The notes: a model not told the origin generated them from the letters alone. A stretch of 64,000 nucleotides of DNA from Podarcis filfolensis (GCA_964270895.1 OZ185439.1); one strand, 5' to 3'; shown: positions 1 to 12,292, counted from the stretch's first letter. Numbers and translations: made by a program.

Positions 1-1321
1 TGTCTGTTTGCCTAGCAAAAGACGGGTTACTGTGAGTAGGATGCAAACTGCTCTCAGGGGGGGGGGAGTCTGAAGCTTGTGGCTTTATGTATTCGACTCT
101 ACACTCCTCTTCATTGTGCTACGGTACCTGATGAGGTAGCAGCGACCTAGTGCTATCTCTATGGACGACTAAGGTGTTGTATAAGTAGTGGGAGTGTACA
201 ATGATTAGGGCAATGCCACGAAATTGTTCTGCCATTGCATTGACATGTGTTGATTGGTGCCTTCCATGTGTGAGTAATGTGAGACGTTGATGTACAATAA
301 CCTCAGTTGCTGTTGCTGTGCTACCTTTGGTTTCTGTTTTGTGTTACTCTTTGTGTTACTGTTTTGTTTTCTGCTTTGCTACTGGGAGTATAGAGGATTG
401 TGGATACAACCTTAGTAGCTGCCAATTGAGTGATTTCTTTAATAAGGCTGTTATCCTGACTGCAACCTCTTGTTCCAGTATTCACAGAATTTTATTCAGA
501 GAATGACTTTGACTCCAGAAACCTGATCTCTAAGGCTCTCTAAAGCAAAAACAATTGTAGACACCGCTCCAAAAATTGATCCAATAAACAGCCAACACCT
601 TTCCTGCCTTATGCTCCTTCACCTCTCAGTGTTTCCCTCTATCTACCCCAAAAAGGGATGCAATGACCTCTTGAGTATCAAACAGCTGAGGGAGATACAG
701 TGCCCTGTATTTAGGACTACTCATTCTCTGTCTGTTTTGACTCATAGGCTGCCCTGCTTCTCTATTCTCAAATCCAAAAATTCCCCATTCTTCTTTAAAC
801 TGGCTGGCAGGTCATCAGCAGAGTCATTATGGGTCTGTGGATTCCTGGAAGGGCCAGGATTCAGACCTCATATTGGCTCATAACCAGCTCGTGCTTGTTT
901 TGAGATGATGAGGGGTCTTACATCATGGACTTCTGCCACTGCAGCAGCATAGGCAGGTGTGACTCAGAGAACTCCCTATATAGAGAGCACCTTTTGCCAG
1001 ACATGATGGTTGACTGTGAAGTGGATAGATAATCCAAACCAGGGCTGCTGTTCCATTATCTGCTTGTCCAGTCTCATATCCCAATATAGCAACTGGAGTA
1101 TGGAACCAAATAATGCCTCAATGTGGCTCCAGTAAGCTGTTCCTCTCTGTGACGGACAGCAGAGCCAGACCAGAGTCTGGTGATGCAGTCCCTCGGAAAT
1201 TCCACCAGAGTGCTGGAGCCTCTGCTGATTGACTACAAAGTCAGCTAGCCACAGAGGGGAGAGGAGCAGCACTTTGGAGGGAGAATAAAAGGAGCAGTTT
1301 CTGAGGGAGAGAGTTAGACAG

Positions 1322-1408
1322 GGCTTGATTTGAGATGAGAGATAAGGCTTGATTTGAGTTGAGAGATAGGGTTCAGATTGAGTGGGAGATAGGGAGTGAG
1401 ATAGGGAT
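1322..1408. repeat. Degenerate ~24-bp minisatellite (ggcttgatttgagatgagagataa), about 3.5 units
   Basis: Direct inspection. Confidence 0.7.
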
Positions 1409-2699
1409 TCCAAACTTCCGCCTACTTAAAATAAATCATTTCAAGAGTAATGAATGCCCTGCATTTGTAGGAAACCACATACTTTATCAACCCTCTAGAT
1501 CAAGGCTGGAGAATCTGTGGCTGTTGCTGAACTACCAAGCTATCAACCCTGACCATCAGCCATACTTTGGCTGGCACTGATGGGACACAAGTCCAACAAC
1601 ATCTGTCCACACATCCCTGCTTTAGATACATAGAATAACCTTCCATGTTCATGACTGGCTAGCAGCCAGGGCCCTGGTAGTGTACCTATAACTTACATAT
1701 TATGTGACCATTTCATATTCAAAAGGTCCCTGACGTCATCTTGATAGATGACGATAGCACAGCATCAGTGGAATAATTGCCCTTTGCTTGCTTAAAATGG
1801 AGTAACAGAGATAAGAAAATCAATATCTCTGAGTAAATTAGTAGCAAGAGAGTTGTGAAATACACTGCAGCACATCTCCAGGTTCTCTGACGGCTTTCTT
1901 AAAACACACACACACACACATAGCTGGGTTGGTGACAATGAAATTAGTATCTTGTGGTGCCTGGAACACACAGTCAAAGGGCAGGGCATGTGATAGGTGT
2001 AAGGTTGAGTGAGCAAGGATCAGCAGTGAGAAGTAAAAAGGGTCTGGCCCAGGAGAAAAACCTACAACCTTCAAATCCAGAGAGAGAGAATAGGAAAAGG
2101 GGGAAGATACAGGGGATCTTTTCTATTCTGATGCTGCAGGGAGCCATAAAATAGGTGATGGATATCACAGTTATGCTTTGTTTATGAATGTCCCTATGGT
2201 ATTCATTAGCCACTTTTGTCAGATTGAATGCTGAGCTAGATAAAGCATTGGTCTCACTATTTTGGAGAAAAATACACACCATAAATTTAAGTTTGTGTAA
2301 TTAAAGGGACCTGGCACAACAAATTCACTTTAAAAAAACAAAACTTCTTTGGCTGGGAAAGCAACAGGAAAATGCATTAAAAAGTGTGAGATGATGACTG
2401 ATGAGAAGACATATAGGGTGTTATTTAAGTTTTACTCAGAGTAGACCCAATAAAAATAATGAACATGGAAAAGTAGGTCCATTAATTCCAATGGGTCTAC
2501 TCCGCATAAAACTTCATTGAATACCACACATAATTTCCATGCAACCAAAACAGATAGGATGCTCATTGTCGTGACCTCCCTACAAACAAATTTGGAAATG
2601 TATAACCTCTGTGTAATCTCTGTGCAAGCAAATAAATGTTCAGTAAATACCCTTGGCAAAGTACAATAATGAAGATGAAAACAGCTGGGGAGCAAGGTT

Positions 2700-2705
2700 T
2701 TTATT
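2700..2705 (-). terminator. AATAAA candidate polyadenylation signal of MARVELD1
   Basis: First minus-strand AATAAA found downstream of the MARVELD1 stop. Confidence 0.4.
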
Positions 2706-5067
2706 ACATGTAGAAGAGAAGGAAGAAAGTCAGGAATGTTCAGAGTTTGGAATCAAATGGTTTTTTGGAAACTCCAGCGGTCCACTCTGAGATATGATTT
2801 CTTAAGCATGGTTGAAGTGGGCTTCCTCATTTGGTGTTGCTGGAATAGGGTCCATTTATCACAGGGAAAAGAGGCTCCAACAAGAATGATCCTATTCCTA
2901 CCATTTGAAAAAAGGTAGGGATATATAGGCACATTAGATGTAGCATCTTAGCAAAAGATAGCTGTGGTAGCTGCTCTGGGAGTTTAGCACAATTAGACAA
3001 ACAGTAGAAGTCAAAGGGGTGCAGGGGTCTCTTATCCAAGGCACTTCTATATTTCAGAGACAGAAATCCAGTGGTGGTGAAATCCAATGTGTGACAATCC
3101 GTGAGCATGATGAAACCTTCAGTTTACATGGTAGCAACTGGGGGTTGATCCTAGTTCCAAGGTTTGTATGGTTAGTGCTGTCACATTCTTATATTTCATG
3201 TAAAGTCATGAGACATGCGGGAGTAGTACCCGACAGCACTGGATCCTGTTTCCCTGCTAAGCATGGGAAATTCGGGCACTCTGCACCCTGACCCTGTTAG
3301 AAGTCTTCCATGTGATGTAACTGTTTCTCTTCACAGTTGCCATAGGAATATTTTCCTCCCCTTTTCTGGCCCAGAGCCAGCTTTTGCAGTAATTACATTT
3401 CCTCCACGGTCGACCATTCAGCTGCAGTGCCTGTCTGCAAATTTTTACCCTGGGGTTCTCTTTCAATTCTTTCTCCCATCCAGGGTAGGATTTATCTTGA
3501 TGTTTCATGCAGAATAAAATATGCCTCCTTCTCTGGAATATGATGGGAGCAGGAGGATACAGACCCTGCCATAAAAGGGGCTAAGAACAGTCTGGAATCT
3601 GGTAGCTCTCTCTCACACACACACTATTAGTCTTCTTCAGCAGGAACCTGAATTTGGGTATCTTTAGGAAGTCTTTGCAGATCACAGAACTATGGTAATA
3701 TCCAAGTACTTGCCTCCTAAAGATACCAAATATCAAGGTTTGGCCCCAAACTTATATAGAGCCACACTGGGTAGATTCACATCTATGATCCACCTGGATT
3801 CCAATCCTGGCCTCAGATGATGACCAATTTCTGTGAGAGGGCCCTGCTCTCTGGCCTCTTTTGTTCCATCACTACATAACCTGTTGCAGAACTCCTATTA
3901 TTTATGACCAGTTGGTTTGCGGGGTGGCTTGCTCAAATATGAGGCAATGGCTCAAGAAGATTTCAAGGAACTGAAGCATTAATTAATTCAGGAAGTTACA
4001 AGAGTGACATTTATGGGCACAGTGTGTGTAATTTGAGCTAGGGATTGCTAGGCCTCAGAAATGGACTCATGAGCTCAGCTCTGGATCCCATTGTTGGTGT
4101 CAGTATTTAGCTTACATATCTAATAATAAGAACAAAGAAACTTCATCTGAGCAAAAGCAAAGAGAATGTGCCTCTTGCTTTAATCAGCAAAGCCAATGCC
4201 CCACATTTAGGAAATACAGGTTAGGGAGTGCAAATATCCAAAAGACATGAGCCTCAACACATCCATTTTTAAAAAGTAAAAACTGGTTACTGGAGTTATG
4301 CTATGCTATAAATGTCACAATGTCCACATCAGGGTCATATCTAAAATAAAAAGTTACTAAGAACCATCATTTATAAATATCTGATTAAAAACAGAATGCT
4401 ATGGAGGAAGAAAAGAATGCAATGGAAGCTTTTGGGGGTGGTTTCTAAGCTTATGCTTATATAACTTCTGAAATGGGATAATATTAATAATATACCAACA
4501 GAGCACCCTAAAGGGTGGATATTCAGTATTACTAAACATTAATTAAATGTGAGAGGATGAGATCTTATGTATATGGCATAAAAACATACGGACAAACACT
4601 ACAAACTAAATTAAATCTGCTCCTATAAGGATTATGAATAACACTGAATGATCAAGGGCTTCCAGGGCACCTTATGTCAACCACATATTCTGGAATCATA
4701 GACCAGGCCATACCTTTCTAGACCCACAGAGACCCACCTGCCAAGGGAAGGAAGAAAAGAAACGGGGAAACCCACAATCTGGCTCCCACGTTTAATCTGA
4801 AGGATACACCATTTCTAGCTTCTGGGTCATGAAAGCATGCATCCATCCATTGATGAAGGGTATAGAGCATCCATCAGTACCATGGACATAGGGGATTACT
4901 CCCCCTCTCCCAATAAAGTCTATTGAAGTTTTTTCTCTCCATCAGGAAGGCAACGATGAATCTGGAACAAGGAGCAGTCTGTGGGGACTGTATGTGTACA
5001 AGGCTTGTCCGTCTGGTTGAAGAAGGGTCTGTCCATCCCTGCCCATCAGCCTACCTTCTTGCATCTC

Positions 5068-5592
5068 TCAGATATCCTTGTGCCCCTGGAAATGTCGTAC
5101 CAGGCAGTAGAGTCCTGAAATTAGGTAAAAGAAGGCAGTGATACCTGCAAAGACGGCAGCAGTCAGGTAGGCTTTGTAACTGCAGGGCCATATGTAGTCT
5201 GGCAGGTTGCAGTAGCTGAAACTCTGTGCCTTCTGGCTCAGGATGCCTGCAGCAGCTGCAGAAAGAATAACCCCAAGCAACAGATCGTGCATTAGGTTCG
5301 TCATAAGCCAGCGGGTTCCCAGCACCGGCACCAGAGACCAGCGGCCCAGCAGGCTGAGCCCAAAGAGCGCCAAGGTGAGCAACCACAGCAGGACCGCCGC
5401 AAAGACCGCAAAGTAGGTGGCTCCTTCATACTTGTGCGCTGCTAAAGTCACCCAGCAGACAGCCCCCGTCAGCAGCTGGGCAATGCGCAGCACTCCCAGC
5501 AGACTTCTCAAGAAGGGCCTGTTCAGACTCAGAGTCTCTCTCGACTGCGGGCAAGGCGGTGGAGGGGAGGACGGAGGTGGTGGAAGAGCCAT
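5068..5592 (-). CDS. MARVELD1: MARVEL domain-containing protein 1, single coding exon, 174 aa
   Basis: Intact ORF MALPPPPSSPPPP...RPFLRSLLGVLRIAQLLTG...YCNLPDYIWPCSYKAYLTAAV. It has a Pro-rich N-terminus and four hydrophobic segments matching the MARVEL family (human RPFLRSPLGVLRLLQLLAG, from recall). It sits next to AVPI1/PI4K2A as expected from synteny. Confidence 0.93.
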   Translation of the reverse strand: MALPPPPSSPPPPCPQSRETLSLNRPFLRSLLGVLRIAQLLTGAVCWVTLAAHKYEGATYFAVFAAVLLWLLTLALFGLSLLGRWSLVPVLGTRWLMTNLMHDLLLGVILSAAAAGILSQKAQSFSYCNLPDYIWPCSYKAYLTAAVFAGITAFFYLISGLYCLVRHFQGHKDI

Positions 5593-7365
5593 GCTGCAAG
5601 ACTGTGGCCTCCAGGCACTTCTGTCCCGTCCAGTTCTGCCTTCTGGAGCCCAGCAAACTTCACCCCCCTCTCAGGCACTTCCTCTGTCTGCAGCTGCCAA
5701 ACATCTGCAGCTCAATGGACTTTCCTGTGCAGGGGCCTCTCAGCTTCCCGGCTCTGTCCCTCCCTGTTCCCCCCTTGCCCCTCCTCTTCTCTGGGTGGTT
5801 CTCTTTCTCCATCCTTCTGCTAACTCCTCACTCCTCTCTCCTTCACGCCCCTGCAGTCCCAAGCCGAGAGCTCTCAAAACACCCAGTAAAGCTGGCTGAT
5901 TTAGCATCACAGTTTCCTCAGCTACACACTATGTACTGCTTCAGCCAACAGTTCTTCCTAAGCAGAAAGGTTGCCTCAGCATGTGGGCCCTGCAGGCACA
6001 GAGTTTTGCCTCTCCCTTGCAGGAGATGGGTTTGGGCACATTGGCTGCATAGGCATCATGCATTTAAAGCACACCATACATTTAAAGCACATTTCCTTTC
6101 CCCCACAATAAGGTGATTGGGAACTATAGTTTGCCCCTCACAGAGCTACAATTCTCAAGATCTTTACTTCCCATTCTCAGCCACAGTTCCCAGGATTCAG
6201 AAGGGGGTAAAGTGCTTGAAGTGTATGGCACGTACACAGCCTCAAAACTCTGCATTGTATTGACCCTCCTGGTAGCCCAGGTCCTGGCCAGCACCACTAG
6301 ATGGTGCAAACAAACTCCAGCCTGCTCTCATCTTGGATGTCAGAACTCAGGTCAATTTTCTTTCTATGTTCTAAAGAGGCAGAGGAGACCAGGAAAAAAC
6401 CAGTGGTATTTCTTTCCACACTCCTGATTTAATTTGTGAATATAAAAATAAAAAACTTAGGAGGCTTTAAATGGATAAGTTGTTTCCTTATCTGGAAACA
6501 ACTTACAGGCCTGTGCCTGTAAACTTCACTCTTTGTCTTTAGAGACCTGGCTTTATTTTAAAACTGCTGTGAGCTGCCCAGAGGACAGGATGAATAGGTG
6601 ACCAAGATATGTCGTACATGAATGAATCAGTAAGTCAAGACCTCTCCTAAACAGGTTCAAACCAGCTTGTCCTCTAGAAGGGTTGAATGTTCCAAAAGGA
6701 AGGTTGTCAACTCGCATACAAAGGATCCATTCTTTAAATCACTCTAATTTTGATCTTAGTGGGTCTCTTGACTTTCATTAAGATGCTGCAGGCAATGATT
6801 TCTGTGTGACGTGCAGGATTTTAAGTTTCACGGCACCACTTCTCACATGGTATTCTCCAGAAAAAAGTTTACATTGCACTTAGTTATTTGTTTTTTAAAA
6901 ATTCATTTAAGTATGTCTTTTTCCACTATTGCACATTTGGAAGCTCTTGCTTGTGCTGACGCATTCTTCAGCTTGGAACTGCAGCAAGATACACACTTGT
7001 GCAATTTTCCCATGTGACATTGTATCCTGAGTGGATGCGACTGTCCCTGGAAAGGGGTGCAGAGGTCCAAATGAAAACAGGGCATCCCTTTAACCCTGAT
7101 CCCTTTTTTCTCTATGATAAGTTTGCAAAATTACATCTCAGTGTGCGTCTTCTTGGGGATCAAAGGGCAAGTCAAATCCCATGGCATCTTTCTACATATT
7201 TCCCAGAGAACACGGCGGCAAAAATTCATGCCTGAGGGTTCTGGCTTCCTGGCACGCAGCAGGAGCTGGCTGTGGAGCCCGCGCCTTCCCTCCACGTCGA
7301 CCCTTAGCACGTGTCTGGCTGCGACTACTTTGCGTGGCTCAGTAGAGCGGAATAGGCACGTTGAA

Positions 7366-7483
7366 GGGCGTAGCCGGGGGGGGGGCAGGGAGGAGCAGCT
7401 CTCCCCCCCCCCATCAATAAAAATACCTAACTAACTTAGGTTCTACCCACCCGCACCCCCCAACAAAAATCCTGGCTACGCCC
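7366..7483. mobile_element. MITE, PIF/Harbinger-like
   Basis: TIR gggcgtagcc...ggctacgccc enclosing G and C runs. Confidence 0.55.
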
Positions 7484-7539
7484 ATGGGCACGCTCCAAAC
7501 CCTTTCTCGCCTGCTGCCTTGCCAGACAGGCCCGTAATT

Positions 7540-8480
7540 GCCCAGACAGGCAAAGGCGAGCAGGTTGCCGAAGTGGTCTGAGAAGCCAGACGTTACGGGG
7601 TCAGGCTAGCGATCCTTTCCAGCAGCAATTCCTATTTTTCAGGTTGCTGTCAGGGAGGCCGATCGTGCTTCGCTCCCCTGCGGACCTCCACTCCCTGCCC
7701 TGCCAGAACCAGATACTCCGTCCTGACCCTTTATTTGCAAAGAGAGAATTCGGCGCGAGCCACTGAAGGAAAACAAGCAGAAAATAAAGTGGGGCTGGGG
7801 AGAGGAGAGGATAAAGATTAAGCCTACACGCCGGTGACATGGCACGATCGGGTTTCTCAGAGGGCCAATTAACTCTTTGCTGGAATTAGGTTCAGCCTAA
7901 GGAAAGGCAGACGCCTCTGTGCCTGTGGACAAAACACACAAACACACCCCGCCGTCCCTGTCAGTCAACCACAGCAGGAAAAAGCAACGCCTCTCTTTCT
8001 CCTTGCAGGCTAACGCCCTTCCCAGTGACGTCAAGAACGCCGCCTGCCACGCGTTACCAGCAGGAACAGCGGAGCCCCGCCTCCTCCCCACCCGATTGGC
8101 TGCCTTGGTTATCTTCGGAGTTCGGATTTAGAACCTTGGAGTTAAGAGGCAGATGAAGCCGATTGGCTGAGATGCAGGTTGCCTGCGCTCTTCAATGGAC
8201 AAAGGAATCTTCGCCGCGTGAGCCTGCGAATGACGGGAATCGGCTTGGGGAGAGGCAAGGCGAGAGCAGGGGAACCGCCCGCCCTGGCGGGTCTCCAGGA
8301 GCCTTCGAGAGACCCGTGGCCTCAAGGACGACAGCAGCCGCCAGGTCTGTGACTTACCTGTCCGAGGAGCCCGAATCCACTCAGGTCTGGGCATCGGCCT
8401 CGATCTGTTGCTGTAAAATGCCAGATTCCCCCGAGTGGGGGAAGGGACGTGGTTCCTCGCTCGGGACGTGGAGAGGGAAC
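7540..8480. promoter_or_regulatory. CpG-rich promoter region, probably AVPI1, with a CRE palindrome and CCAAT boxes
   Basis: Local CpG enrichment upstream of the AVPI1 acceptor (9778). TGACGTCA at 8026-8033, ATTGG at 8095-8099 and 8162-8166, CCAAT at about 7864-7868. Confidence 0.65.
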
Positions 8481-9816
8481 AATCCTTGCCAGTATCTCGG
8501 GGCAGCACAAACCAGAATAATTTTTTGCTGGGCTCCTTTTTGTTCCCTTGACATCATGCTTTTGCTCGAAGAAGTTCAGAACGACTCTGGGGAAGGTTAA
8601 ATGGACAGTGTAACGTGCCCTAGATCTCCCAGGGCTCCGCGTGGATTATTATTTGGGGATAATAATACTGTAATGCAAACGAGCTGAGAGATGCATTCTT
8701 GGGAGTTCTCCTCCCAACATCCCGGTAAGGTAGCATAGGCTGAGACCCTGGCCCGTTGTCACGCAGTTAGTTATCTCCATGCTGAGCATGGAGATTCAAT
8801 TCTGCGTCTCCCCGTGGTTCAAGTCAACATCAGCCCTCTCTTTCCATCCAGTCCCAAATTATATCGGTTCCTGCACAGCAACCGGGCTGAGGGACAAATA
8901 TGCATGCTGTGTATGTATAATGTCATTTTTGGAGCGATATAAAAGTGCACCCTTAGCTCCCGGGAACTGACGTATTGGCTCGTCTTTTCGGCTCCCGCGT
9001 GCCCATCTCATGGCTTGAACACCATGATTCATTGGGATCATCTGGCGAGCTGGCAAGCGAGGCTCCAGCTGTGAGAAGTGGACACTGCTGGGTTAGCTTG
9101 CATCGTCTAAGCTTTCCAGAGTTAACTTGTAGCTCATATTTGGGCAAGTGGGTCATCAGGCTCCCTTTGGGAATTAACTACTGTCCCTAGGCTTTCTCTA
9201 CCATAAGAGACATCAAGGCATGGGAGGCTGCTGGGAGAAGACAAATGCCAGCCCTTCTGCTTCAGTGCAAGAATGTGAGCTGTTGCCCCATATGGCCCCA
9301 CCCTGGCACTCGTCCCAGCTTCTGTGGAATTTCTGTGCATGCAAACCGGCTTTTAGCCTGGAGCTGTTTTCTGGTATGTAGCTCCTCCCAACTTGAGCAC
9401 ACCTGTACTGAGCAAGCAGAGGCCTGGCTTAATACTCTGCTGCCAGAGAATTAAACCACCATCTGGATGGTGTTGGGGGAGCTCAGAGGCTTGCTTAGGA
9501 AAATGGAGGTGCTCTCTTTCTGATGTCCTGCACATCCCCAAGGGCCAGGAGTCAGCTGCAGAATAGGAATCCCAATTCCTTCTGTAGGAGGTGGTGGCAG
9601 ATAAGTTGGGTTGGCAAAAAGGATGGATGCCTTGAGGCATGGCTGGGGAAAGGTTGTGTCTTACACATCAGCTCCCAGCTAGGCAGGCATAGGTGAAGTT
9701 GAGGGCAGCAGGGGAATAGCAATGGCTGGCAGGATTAGTCATTCTGCTGTTTCACCCTATTTCCTCTCTCTTTCACAGAACCACCTTCAGCTACAGAGTG
9801 GAGGGACCCTAGCATC

Positions 9817-12010
9817 ATGGGTACCCCAGCCTCCATTGCCTGTGACTTGCCACAGCATCAGACCCCCAAAGCCTGCACTCGCAAGAGAGCATCTGCCAAC
9901 ATCTTTCAGGGGGTGGGGCTGTTGCAGTTGCGCCGCCTCTTCCACAGCAGTGGGGATGCCCAAGCCGAGGAGAGAGCCCAGCTGGTCTGGGAATGTGCAG
10001 GGAGCCGGTGCATTGCTCACGCCTTGCAACAGCTCCGAAGGAGGCAGAGAAAGCTGAGGCTGAGATCACACCTGAGACCTCCTTCAGAAATGAGTGGTGC
10101 CACCAGACTCCTAGAGCTCCAACACTTCAGCCGCTTACGGTATGGTCTCCATGTTCATGCCACCCTGCTTCTACAGCTCTTGCACTCACCATCTAACAAT
10201 AAAGCCACAAAGATCCCCTCTCCCCTGCTGTTTCTGCAACAGCAGGTTGTAGGCCAGCAATGGCCCTTCAAATCTCATTGGACTCTTAACTTCCATTTGT
10301 CTTAGCTAGCATGACCAGTGATAAGAGATAACGGGTTTTCTTCAGCAACATCTGGAGGACTTCAGGTTCTTAACTCCTGGAGTAAGCTGTAGATATCTAC
10401 CTAAAACCAGTAACTTCCTACCTACCCACCTTTACAGATGTATTCTATAAATTGCTGGTTTGTATACTTTTGACCAGCTGCTGTACCTCAAGTCAGGTCA
10501 CATTCACGCCATAAAGCCCTATGGTACTACTTTAAACAGTCATGGCTTCTGCCAAAGAATTCTGGGAGTTGTAGTTTAAGGATGCTGAGAGTTGTTAGAG
10601 GTCCCTGTTCCCTTTACAGAACTATAGTTTTCAGGAGTTCCCTGTGACAAGGGATTGCTTGTTAAACTGCTCGGGGGGGGGGGGGACACAGGGACTTCCT
10701 TAGAACTCTCAGCATCCTTAGTAAAGTGCAGTTTGCATGACTGTTTACATTTAAAGTACTATGATTCCATTTTATAGTGTGAATGCAGCCTCAGCCTCAG
10801 AGCTCTTCCTAAGCAACTGGTGTTACCTGCTCCTAATGCTGTTGTTCAAATGTAAAATAGTTATGGCCATATGTCATCAACAGTGGGCTCTTAATAAAGC
10901 CACGGCTTAGAGCATCCTTTGCTTAAAACTGTATTCATTGGTTATATTGCAGTGTGTTCAAAACTGGAGCAAATGTGCTTTGTATTGTACTCAGGCATAG
11001 CATGTAAACAGAATCTGCTGACAGGTACAGAGTTTAGCCTCTTACCAACCTCAGCTTTCAGCTTATGCAAGTTGTAGCTGTTACAGCTGAAAATATAGAT
11101 GCAAAAGTATGTGGGTAATGTGGAGTTTCAGAAACCAGAGGGGCAAAGCTTTCTCTAGTTCAAAGCAGAATTTAGGTATGCAGAGTAAGTAAACGTGAAT
11201 GTAATTCATTTGCATTATTTGTACAGTTCACACAATTTATTCTCACTTTGAACAGAATTTTAAATTTTTTAAACATGGAGGATACAAAGACAGCTAGATC
11301 AGCAGGGTTTGGGAACCTGTGGCCAACCAGATGTTGCTAGACTACAGTGGTACCTTGGGTTAAGTACTTAATTCGTTCTGGAGGTTGGTTCTTAACCTGA
11401 AACTGTTCTTAACCTGAAGCACCACTTTAGCTAATGGGGTCTCCTGCTGCCGCCGCATGATTTCTGTTCTCATCCTGAAGCAAAGTTCTTAATCCAAGGT
11501 ACTATTTCTGGGTTAGCGGAGTCTGTAACCTGAAGCGTATGTAATCCAAGGTACCACTGTATAGCTTTCATCATCTCTGATCTTTGCTCATATGGCTGGG
11601 GCTGAGAATTGGGCACGTCAGTTTTGCTACTGCTGATCTAGAGGAAAAGGAGGGCAAGTGTGCTTCTCACAAACTAGCAAGAGAACTTTCAAGTGCAAGA
11701 GTAGCCACACCTGTAAATTCTTTCCTCCTTTACTTGTAGAAAGACACCATGGCAATTCTCTTCTTATTGCCTGTACATATTGCTTACTTCTCCAGAAGAG
11801 ATAACATACTACTCCCTTTCTTAATGGGTGCCTTTGTTCTCCTATAGGATTGAAGACCGCACCACATCATGTGCTGATGTTGATGGCTGCAGCAACAGCG
11901 ATAAGGAGATAGATGCAGCTGATCAAACCAGCCACTACACTGCTTCCCACTACAGGAAGAAAAAAAGTGGAATGGGAACTGCAGACTACCTGCACCAGCT
12001 CCGCCGGTGA
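9817..12010 (+). CDS. AVPI1: Arginine vasopressin-induced protein 1; coding exons 9817-10139 and 11848-12010 (phase 2 intron), 161 aa
   Basis: MGTPAS...RKRASANIFQG...GDAQAEERAQLVWECAG...SRLR|IED...YLHQLRR matches AVPI1 motifs. Donor cg|gtatgg at 10139/10140, acceptor cctatag| at 11847. The acceptor tttcacag at 9778, upstream of the ATG, implies a non-coding first exon. Confidence 0.92.
10497..10790. mobile_element. Palindromic non-autonomous DNA transposon (class uncertain)
   Basis: Ends cacattcac / gtgaatgcag; internal inverted repeats ggatgctgagagtt / aactctcagcatcc. Confidence 0.5.
11300..11635. mobile_element. Degenerate hAT-type MITE interrupted by the Tc1/mariner MITE
   Basis: The left half (...cagatgttgctagacta) and right half (tagctttcatcatctctgatc...) rejoin to the family consensus. 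Flanks agctagat/atctagag. Confidence 0.6.
11345..11559. mobile_element. Tc1/mariner-superfamily MITE
   Basis: TIRs cagtggtacc...ggtaccactg flanked by a TA duplication. Homologous to the copies at 45104 and 47114. Confidence 0.88.
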
Positions 12011-12283
12011 GCAACTGAACATGATGGCAACATTTGTAGTTAAATGTCACTGTACGGAACAGGAGTAGCCTGAACCCAAGGGGGGTTCGTATGGAAGATG
12101 CACTTCTCTCATAGCAAAATGTTTTCATATAATATCCTCTGTGCAAAAATCCACTGGCAAAAATGGTGGAGAAACTTGAAACCAACCCTCCTCTTTCAAG
12201 CACTACCTGTTCTGGTTCTCAGACTTGACCACATCCAGCTATGACAAAGCACAAACACTACAGACTGAATGTACCTGGTCATA

Positions 12284-12289
12284 TTTAAT
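12284..12289 (-). terminator. ATTAAA candidate polyadenylation signal of PI4K2A
   Basis: A manual scan found no other minus-strand AATAAA/ATTAAA between the stop (15234) and this site. Confidence 0.45.
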
Positions 12290-12292
12290 AAA
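12287..12292 (+). terminator. AATAAA polyadenylation signal of AVPI1
   Basis: First AATAAA after the AVPI1 stop (about 280 nt 3'UTR). Confidence 0.7.

Noticed and set aside
121-150. ctgatga motifs resembling a hammerhead ribozyme core (also about 23434-23460)
   Set aside because: No GAAA after the putative stem II and no closing stems, so the core is incomplete.
1731-1738. Isolated TGACGTCA
   Set aside because: Not in a CpG island or near an identified TSS; an 8-mer can occur by chance in 64 kb.
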